This document shows positions 57,589 through 64,000 of a stretch of 64,000 nucleotides of DNA, piece after piece (the stretch's first letter is position 1; each line of letters opens with the position of its first letter). The notes beneath the pieces are model-generated. The model made no database searches. It was given only the letters and a program-made list of their open reading frames with translations, and had not been told where the DNA came from. The DNA lies in the NCBI RefSeq assembly GCF_018372215.1, contig NZ_JAHAJN010000001.1, positions 85,801-149,800 on the forward strand. The letters run 5' to 3'. The stretch comes from Negativicoccus succinicivorans. Its GTDB lineage: Bacteria > Bacillota > Negativicutes > Veillonellales > Negativicoccaceae. A program made the position numbers and the translations under genes.

Positions 57589-58869
57589 TTATGACAAGTT
57601 GTTAAAGTACTCCTGCGCTTTCGTAATTTCACTGCGCAAACGCTCTTCATCAATAGTAAGCAGTTGGCGATGTTGCATAACAAGCTTGCCGTTGATCATA
57701 ACGGTATCCACATCCGACGATTGTGCCGCATAGGCAAGCAATGACGTAACATTATACTGCGGTTGCCAATGGAAACCGTTGCGGTCGACTAAAATGATAT
57801 CGGCCAAATGGCCTTCTTTCAATTCGCCGAGATCGCTATACCCAAGTGCATGGGCGCCCCCTGATGTAGCCAATTCCACCGCGGTTTGTGCCGGAATAGC
57901 GGTAGGATCGTAGGATACACCTTTATGAATTAATGCAGCTGTCTGCATTTCTTCCCACATATCAAGCTTATTATTGCTCGATGCACCGTCTGTAGCCAAA
58001 CCGACGGTTATATTCGCAGCAAGCATCTGAGGAACCGGTGCCACGCCTGAAGCCAGTTTTAAATTACTGCGCGGATTATGTGCAACCCTTACATTATGCT
58101 CCGCCATAATAGCAATATCGTCAGCATCTACGTGTACGCAATGTGCGGCTAAGGTCGGTTGAGTAAAAAGACCGAGTTGTTCCATATAAGCAATCGGACT
58201 GAGTCCGTGTTTTTCTCGGCAGGTTTCGACCTCCCCTTGGGTTTCGGATAAGTGGATATGAATTTCAATATAGTCTTTACTGGCAGCATCAATGACTTTT
58301 TCCAAATATTTTGCCGAACAGGTATATGGTGCATGCGGTCCAAGCATTACACGAATTAAACCGTTTGCTGCTTGATGCCATTCATGGAAAAGTGCCACGT
58401 TTTCCTGCAGTGCTTCCTCCCCATTGGGAGAAGTTCCCGCCAAGCCACGTGCAATATTACCGCGCATACCGACATCAACAGCCGCTTTAGCCACCTGAGG
58501 CATATGCATATACATATCACAAAATGCGGTGGTACCACCCCGAATCATTTCCGCAAAAGCCAACTGCGAACCCCAGTAAACAACTTCATCATTCAATTTT
58601 GCTTCCGCGGGCCAAATATGGTTTTCGAGCCAATCCATTAAGGCAACATCATCGGCATAGCTGCGAAATAATGTCATTGCAACATGGGTATGACTGTTAA
58701 TTAAACCCGGCATGGCCAGCATTCTCTTGCCATCTATTTTATTGTCAACATCTTCACATTCAAGATTTTTCCCAATTTTTTGAATCCGTTGATCGCTTAC
58801 TAAAATATCAACGTCGATTTTGATTTCCTGCGGTGTCCAAAGGTCCACATGTTGAATTAATGTGTTCAT
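57589..58869 (-). CDS. mtaD: 5-methylthioadenosine/S-adenosylhomocysteine deaminase (amidohydrolase family)
   Basis: Metal-binding HTH motif (LINSHTHVAMT) plus the amidohydrolase fold. 426 aa. Confidence 0.85.
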   Translation of the reverse strand: MNTLIQHVDLWTPQEIKIDVDILVSDQRIQKIGKNLECEDVDNKIDGKRMLAMPGLINSHTHVAMTLFRSYADDVALMDWLENHIWPAEAKLNDEVVYWGSQLAFAEMIRGGTTAFCDMYMHMPQVAKAAVDVGMRGNIARGLAGTSPNGEEALQENVALFHEWHQAANGLIRVMLGPHAPYTCSAKYLEKVIDAASKDYIEIHIHLSETQGEVETCREKHGLSPIAYMEQLGLFTQPTLAAHCVHVDADDIAIMAEHNVRVAHNPRSNLKLASGVAPVPQMLAANITVGLATDGASSNNKLDMWEEMQTAALIHKGVSYDPTAIPAQTAVELATSGGAHALGYSDLGELKEGHLADIILVDRNGFHWQPQYNVTSLLAYAAQSSDVDTVMINGKLVMQHRQLLTIDEERLRSEITKAQEYFNNLS

Positions 58870-60119
58870 TCGTCACTTCCTTCCTCATATAAGTAAGCAT
58901 ATTGTTCGGATGTCAATGTATCAATAGCATAATGCATTGCCTCTAATTTAATTCGTGCGACATTTTCATCAATTACTTTGGGCATGACATATACTTTTGG
59001 TGAAAGCCATTCCGCGTTTGTCTGTACATAATCCAACGCCAACGCTTGCAACGCGAAGGACAAATCCATGATTTCAGCGGGATGTCCATCCCCTGCTGCC
59101 AAATTGACCAGTCTCCCCTCGGCCAAAACAAAGAGAGTATTTCCATTGGTCAATGTATAGCCTTTAATATTTTGCCGGGCCTCAAATTCTTTGTCGGCAA
59201 GCTCACTGAGTTCACGCACATTGACTTCCACATCAAAGTGACCTGCATTACATAGAATGGCCCCATCTTTCATTAGCGGATAATGGGCTTTAGTGATGAC
59301 ATCTTTACAACCCGTTACCGTGACAAAAATATCACCGAGTTGGGCGGCTTTTTCCATCGGCAACACCGTAAAACCGTCAAATACCGCTTCGATCGCTTTG
59401 ATCGGATCAATTTCCGTGATATAAACATGTGCTCCTAATCCTTTGGCGCGCATGGCAACGCCTTTACCGCACCAACCATATCCCGCAACTACCACATTGC
59501 GTCCGGCAATCGTCAAATTAGTCGTCCGGATAATACCGTCCCAAGCGGATTGCCCGGTACCGTAGCGATTATCAAAAAGATATTTACACAGTGAATCATT
59601 GACAGCAACCATTGGAAATTGCAGTTTCTTTTCCTTGTCCCATACGCGCAAACGCTGTACACCGGTAGTCGTTTCTTCGGAACCGCCCAAGAGCCGCTCC
59701 TGCGCATCTTTACGACTATCCAGAACAAGCGCCGTCACATCACCGCCGTCATCTAAAATTAGATGTGGCTTATGGTCCAGGGCGTGGTTTAAGTATTGTG
59801 TATATTCTTCATCAGTACAACCGTGCGTAGCATATACGGTAAGACCTCGTTTGACCAAAGCGGCGGCAATCGGATCTTGGGTAGAAAGCGGATTGCTGCC
59901 GGTAACAATGACCTTGGCGCCGGCTTCCTGTAAAACCGTCGCTAAAAATGCCGTTTTTGCTTCCAAGTGAATCGACATGACTATGGTTTTACCTGCAAAC
60001 GCTTGTCGCTTTGTCAAATCACGCCGAATTTCCTGCAGCACCGGCATATACCTTTGTACCCAATTAATTCTTTTTTCGCCTTCCGCGGCCAAAGATAAAT
60101 CTCGAATGATAGAATTCAT
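58866..60119 (-). CDS. ahcY: Adenosylhomocysteinase
   Basis: SAH hydrolase signatures (SIHLEAKTA, NAD-binding GYGWCGKG). 417 aa. Confidence 0.95.
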   Translation of the reverse strand: MNSIIRDLSLAAEGEKRINWVQRYMPVLQEIRRDLTKRQAFAGKTIVMSIHLEAKTAFLATVLQEAGAKVIVTGSNPLSTQDPIAAALVKRGLTVYATHGCTDEEYTQYLNHALDHKPHLILDDGGDVTALVLDSRKDAQERLLGGSEETTTGVQRLRVWDKEKKLQFPMVAVNDSLCKYLFDNRYGTGQSAWDGIIRTTNLTIAGRNVVVAGYGWCGKGVAMRAKGLGAHVYITEIDPIKAIEAVFDGFTVLPMEKAAQLGDIFVTVTGCKDVITKAHYPLMKDGAILCNAGHFDVEVNVRELSELADKEFEARQNIKGYTLTNGNTLFVLAEGRLVNLAAGDGHPAEIMDLSFALQALALDYVQTNAEWLSPKVYVMPKVIDENVARIKLEAMHYAIDTLTSEQYAYLYEEGSDE

Positions 60120-61168
60120 TGTTTCACCTTCTCTTTTAATTTGGTGATTGCCTGTTCATATGGTGCGGTTAACACACCTTTTTCTGTAATCATTCCCGTC
60201 ACCAATTCAGCGGGAGTTACATCAAATGCTGGATTCCAAACGGCAACATTTTTCGGCGTACTGCGAACCCCTTGAAATTGGCGGACCTCTTCGGCAACAC
60301 GTTCTTCAATGGGGATTTGCGAACCATCGGTAAGTGTGAAGTCAAATGTCGAGCTCGGTGCCGCTACGTAAAATGGAATATTATGATAATGCGCCAGCAC
60401 AGCTAAGCCGTAAGTCCCGATTTTGTTAGCAACATCACCATGCGTGGTAATTCGATCCGCACCGACGATTATGGCATCTATTTTTTTGTTTAAAATAGCG
60501 CTTGCGGCCATATTGTCACAAATTAACGTGCAGGGAATTTTATCTTTCGTTAGTTCATACGCCGTCAGACGAGCCCCCTGAAGCAGCGGTCGCGTTTCAT
60601 CCATATAGGCCGTGATTAGTTTTTTTTGGAGATGCAATTCGCGGATAACTCCCAATGCAGTTCCGATACCTGCCGTAGCAAGTGCTCCCGCATTACAGTG
60701 AGTAAGAATCGTTACAGGTCGATCAAAAAGCGCTGCACCATGTTTAGCTATCGCTTTATTTTGTGCAAGGTCATCGCTATCCACTTTTTGCGCTTGCAAA
60801 AGTAATGCTTGGTAAGCCGCGTCATACGACGATTTTTGTGCAAGCAGGGTAGCGTACATCTCACGCTGTAAGTCCACAGCCCAGGCTAAATTGACAGCCG
60901 TCGGCCGCGCTTCCCGTAAAGTTTCGGTAGCGGCGTTAAAGACAGATTGTTGGGGGATGCTTTTTTCTGACGGTGCGCTTTCGGCAAATGCCAAGACGCA
61001 GGCATACGCCGCCGCGACGCCTATGGCTGGTGCTCCACGTACAGCTAACGTAGCTATCGCATGAGTGACATCGGCTGTCTTTCTGCATGTTATATACACT
61101 TCTTCAGTGGGTAAACGTCGCTGATCAAGCAAGATAAGTGCGTCATCTTCCCAATATAAGTGTCTCAT
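60116..61168 (-). CDS. mtnA: S-methyl-5-thioribose-1-phosphate isomerase
   Basis: eIF-2B-like fold. VRGAPAIGVAAAY and CNAGALAT motifs. Confidence 0.9.
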   Translation of the reverse strand: MRHLYWEDDALILLDQRRLPTEEVYITCRKTADVTHAIATLAVRGAPAIGVAAAYACVLAFAESAPSEKSIPQQSVFNAATETLREARPTAVNLAWAVDLQREMYATLLAQKSSYDAAYQALLLQAQKVDSDDLAQNKAIAKHGAALFDRPVTILTHCNAGALATAGIGTALGVIRELHLQKKLITAYMDETRPLLQGARLTAYELTKDKIPCTLICDNMAASAILNKKIDAIIVGADRITTHGDVANKIGTYGLAVLAHYHNIPFYVAAPSSTFDFTLTDGSQIPIEERVAEEVRQFQGVRSTPKNVAVWNPAFDVTPAELVTGMITEKGVLTAPYEQAITKLKEKVKQ

Positions 61169-61977
61169 AACTTAATTCCCTGCTCTACTTTAAAGCCACC
61201 GTATTCTGCCATGGCGTGCAATGCCGGACTATCAAATGCAGGGTCAAATGTCGTCATGACAGATCGTAGGAGTTTTTTCAGTTGCTCACTGTTTTTTTCC
61301 ATAGCCTCTACCACTTCACCATGTGTAAGATTTTGTGGAGAAATACCGGCAGCAAAGTTGGTAACGAGCGATACGGTAGTATATGCGATTTCCGCTTCCC
61401 GAGCTAATGGGCATTCGGGAGCATTGGTCATACCGACAACATCGCCTCCGAGTTGCGAATACATTTTAATTTCGCCGGCAGTTTCAAAACGCGGGCCTTC
61501 TGTACATACATAGGTCCCTTTTTCATGTAACGGCAACTTTTCTTTCTTGGCGGCTTCTGCGATCATCTTACGTAATGTACCGCAGTAAGGTTCCGTCAAA
61601 TCCACATGTGCTACCGGCAAAGGAGAGCCGTCATAAAAGGTGTGTTCACGCGATTTGGTAAAATCGAGTAATTGATCGACCAGTACCATTTCACCCGGCT
61701 TCATGTCCGGATTGAGTGAACCGACGGCGGTAGTCGCTACAATCGCAACAACATCAAGCATTTTCAAAGCATAAATATTGGCACGATAATTGATTTTATG
61801 CGGCGGAATCGTGTGATTGGCACCATGGCGGGTCATGAAAATAATTTCTTTATCCATAAAAATACCGGATGTATAAACGGCTTGTCCATAAGGTGTCTTG
61901 ATTGACGTTGTCTTCGTATTACTGAGCAACGCGGGGCCATATACTCCCGTCCCTCCGATAATAGCCAGTTTACGCAT
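61165..61977 (-). CDS. mtnP: S-methyl-5'-thioadenosine phosphorylase
   Basis: MRKLAIIGGTG N-terminus (AAAGGAGGAG RBS) and PNP fold. The longer ORF reaching 62031 has no RBS and overlaps hslO. Confidence 0.85.
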   Translation of the reverse strand: MRKLAIIGGTGVYGPALLSNTKTTSIKTPYGQAVYTSGIFMDKEIIFMTRHGANHTIPPHKINYRANIYALKMLDVVAIVATTAVGSLNPDMKPGEMVLVDQLLDFTKSREHTFYDGSPLPVAHVDLTEPYCGTLRKMIAEAAKKEKLPLHEKGTYVCTEGPRFETAGEIKMYSQLGGDVVGMTNAPECPLAREAEIAYTTVSLVTNFAAGISPQNLTHGEVVEAMEKNSEQLKKLLRSVMTTFDPAFDSPALHAMAEYGGFKVEQGIKL

Positions 61978-62851
61978 TAGACTCCTCCTTTTCAGCAAAG
62001 ACGGCTGCCAATTCATCTTTGGTAAAAACATATTTTTGTTCGCAGTAGTGACAGACCAATTCCGTTTTATCTTCCTGCAGTAAAGCTTCCTGATCTTCTT
62101 TCGGAATCGTCTTTAACGCTGTAAGAAATTTTTCGGACGAACAGGTACATTCCCAAAGCACTAGTTTTTCTGCCAGTAAATCTACATGTAAACCGTGGGA
62201 AAGAATTTCGATAATTTCTTCTTCTGTATGCGTACGCATCGCAGTGGTAATCGGTCCCAGCTTTGCCAAATTGGCTTCCATTTGCTGCAATGCTTCTTCA
62301 TCACGATCCGGCATTGCCTCTACCAAAATGCCTCCGGCGGCTAATACCTGTACATCGCCACTTACCATCACACCGAGACTTACCGCAGAAGGAATCTGCT
62401 CCGAAAGTGTTAGATAATAAGCCAGGTCTTCCGCGATTTCGCCCGAGTGGATTTCAATAGCGCTTTGGTAAGGCTGCCGCAAGAGAGAGTATCTTGTGAC
62501 ATAAAGCATACCTTGACCGACTGCTTGCCCGACATCCAATTTCCCGTGCTCGTTAAGCGGCAAATCGACCTGTCCGTTCTCCACGTAGCCGCGAACACGG
62601 TTAGTCTCATAGGCATCGACAAATACTTTGCCCAGCGGTCCGTCGCCGTCGAAACGAATACTTACGCCTTCCTGGTTTTTAAAATCAGTTGCGAGAAGCA
62701 ATGCACCCGTCATCGCGCGTCCTAATGCAGCCGTAGCTACAGGAGAAAGATCATGCAATGCTCGTGCGCGCGCGACAGCAGAGGTCGTATACGCCACTGA
62801 GATTTTCAAACCTTCATGGGCCAGATAATGTTTAATACTATCTTTCCACAT
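61970..62851 (-). CDS. hslO: Hsp33 redox-regulated chaperone
   Basis: C-terminal zinc centre CTCSSEK...CHYCEQ. 293 aa. Confidence 0.9.
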   Translation of the reverse strand: MWKDSIKHYLAHEGLKISVAYTTSAVARARALHDLSPVATAALGRAMTGALLLATDFKNQEGVSIRFDGDGPLGKVFVDAYETNRVRGYVENGQVDLPLNEHGKLDVGQAVGQGMLYVTRYSLLRQPYQSAIEIHSGEIAEDLAYYLTLSEQIPSAVSLGVMVSGDVQVLAAGGILVEAMPDRDEEALQQMEANLAKLGPITTAMRTHTEEEIIEILSHGLHVDLLAEKLVLWECTCSSEKFLTALKTIPKEDQEALLQEDKTELVCHYCEQKYVFTKDELAAVFAEKEESNA

Positions 62852-62852
62852 G

Positions 62853-63314
62853 TCATATCTCCTTCAATAAATTGCACATTTCCACGGCCGACATAGCGGC
62901 ATCAAAGCCTTTGTTGCCGCTTTTAGTTCCGGCCCGTTCAATCGCCTGCTCCAAAGTATCAGCAGTCACCAAACCGAAAAGAATCGGCTTTCCCGAAGCA
63001 AGAGACGTGGCGGCGATACCTTTGGCCGCTTCATTGCATACCAGATCGTAATGCGACGTAGCTCCTCGTAACACAGCCCCTAAGCAAATAACCGCATCTA
63101 CGTCTTCTTTAGCAACAAATTTCTTAGCTACGAGCGGTAATTCAAACGCTCCCGGACAGTACGCAATTGTAATGTTTTCCTCTTTCATGCCGTGCCGTTT
63201 CAGTGCATCCAATGCCCCGCTTAAGAGTCGATTTGTAATAAAATCATTAAAACGACCGACAACAATCGCCATTTTTAAATCGTCAGCAACCAAGTTTCCG
63301 TTGTATGTTTTCAT
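62853..63314 (-). CDS. ribH: 6,7-dimethyl-8-ribityllumazine synthase
   Basis: [13 protein letters not shown]...GAFELP motifs. 153 aa. Confidence 0.95.
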   Translation of the reverse strand: MKTYNGNLVADDLKMAIVVGRFNDFITNRLLSGALDALKRHGMKEENITIAYCPGAFELPLVAKKFVAKEDVDAVICLGAVLRGATSHYDLVCNEAAKGIAATSLASGKPILFGLVTADTLEQAIERAGTKSGNKGFDAAMSAVEMCNLLKEI

Positions 63315-63325
63315 ATATTACCTCG

Positions 63326-64000
63326 TTAAAAAATGTGCCCCATTTTATCTTCTTTTGTTTTTAAATATTTGCGATCAAAATCATTGGGCGGAATAACAAT
63401 TGATTCTCGTGCAATAACGGTAACCCCGTTTTTTTCTAAATCATCAATTTTTGCGGGATTATTGGTCAACAACCGAATGCTTTTCACGCCGAGATCATCT
63501 AAAATTCGTGCACTGAGTGAATATTCACGCAAGTCGGCAGGAAACCCCAGCTGCTCGTTAGCTTCCACCGTGTCAAAGCCTTCTTCCTGCAATTTATACG
63601 CACGAATTTTATTGGCGAGACCGATGCCCCTTCCCTCTTGACGCATGTAGATAATGACACCTTCGCCCGCGGCTTCAATTTGTCGCAATGCAGCATGTAG
63701 TTGTTCGCCGCAATCACAGCGGCAAGAACCGAATACATCCCCGGTCAAACATTCCGAATGGATTCTGGTTAATACATTTTCTTTACCGTCAATATCTCCC
63801 TTCACGATGGCCAGGTGGTTAAACGAATCCAGTGTGTTTTCATAAACATAAATAGTAAATTCACCGTATGCCGTCGGTAATTGTGCGGCAGCCACCTGAC
63901 GTACTAACTCCTCGGATTGCTTGCGATATTCATATATTTGCGCCACACTGATCATGGTAAGCCCGTGTATTTTAGCAAATTGCTGTAATTCCGAACGACG
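63326..64000 (-). CDS. ribBA: Bifunctional DHBP synthase/GTP cyclohydrolase II. The C-terminal GCH-II domain plus a short stretch of the upstream domain lie in the window; the gene continues past the window edge.
   Basis: GCH-II zinc motif [18 protein letters not shown]. The reading frame stays open upstream of the first Met (...[19 protein letters not shown] corresponds to the DHBPS C-terminus). Confidence 0.85.
   Translation of the reverse strand, partial: RRSELQQFAKIHGLTMISVAQIYEYRKQSEELVRQVAAAQLPTAYGEFTIYVYENTLDSFNHLAIVKGDIDGKENVLTRIHSECLTGDVFGSCRCDCGEQLHAALRQIEAAGEGVIIYMRQEGRGIGLANKIRAYKLQEEGFDTVEANEQLGFPADLREYSLSARILDDLGVKSIRLLTNNPAKIDDLEKNGVTVIARESIVIPPNDFDRKYLKTKEDKMGHIF

Noticed and set aside
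61978-62031. Longer mtnP form (MFLPKMNWQ...) overlapping hslO by 62 nt
   Set aside because: The internal ATG at 61977 is preceded by AAAGGAGGAG and begins the conserved MRKLAIIGGTG. The extension lacks an RBS.
63326-63955. Stand-alone GTP cyclohydrolase II (ribA) starting at the first Met
   Set aside because: The reading frame remains open upstream to the window edge and encodes the DHBP-synthase C-terminus (...[19 protein letters not shown]), so it is a bifunctional ribBA truncated by the window.
1-64000. CRISPR arrays, IS elements or transposases, prophage blocks, rRNA operons
   Set aside because: No direct-repeat/spacer periodicity, no transposase-like ORFs and no terminal inverted-repeat pairs were seen. 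The only mobile-element-type gene is the isolated tyrosine recombinase.

Overview
This is a gene-dense chromosomal core segment of a Firmicutes-type bacterium, with about 65 genes and GC that looks moderate by eye. Conserved syntenic blocks run through the whole window: rplS-rbgA-rnhB-yraN-comM-dprA-topA-trmFO, divergent lgt, mnmA-lepA-hemW, a perfect CIRCE operator ahead of hrcA-grpE-dnaK-dnaJ, mtaB-HIT, rpsU-yqeY, a glutamine-synthetase-like gene followed by a heterodimeric ABC exporter pair, a TrmH-family methyltransferase, rnhC, hom-thrB, one tRNA-Pro(GGG), ndk, pduO-type ATR, a cobalamin lower-pathway operon (cobU-cobQ-cbiB-cobS-pduX-cobD-cobC), pepP-efp-asp23-nusB-xseAB-ispA-tlyA-nadK-argR-recN, dapB-asd-dapA, lexA divergent from a yneA-like LysM gene with three LexA (Cheo) boxes, and a minus-strand block ribBA(partial)-ribH-hslO-mtnP-mtnA-ahcY-mtaD. 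I found no CRISPR, rRNA, IS element or prophage. I could not identify a single clear novel system. The non-housekeeping observations worth follow-up are: (1) a decayed nickel-pincer (lar) locus, with larB carrying an in-frame TAA plus a -1 homopolymer frameshift and larC reduced to a frameshifted C-terminal fragment; (2) a YdjC-family deacetylase coupled to a flippase-like UPF0104 membrane protein inside an rnhC...hom-thrB operon; (3) a Kae1/TsaD-like paralog inserted between nusB and xseA; (4) an orphan terminator-flanked gene divergent from a cob operon that has no B12 riboswitch; and (5) a lone tyrosine recombinase abutting a 22-bp perfect inverted repeat beside the SOS module. All calls come from reading the translated ORFs and the DNA motifs directly; no database searches were run.
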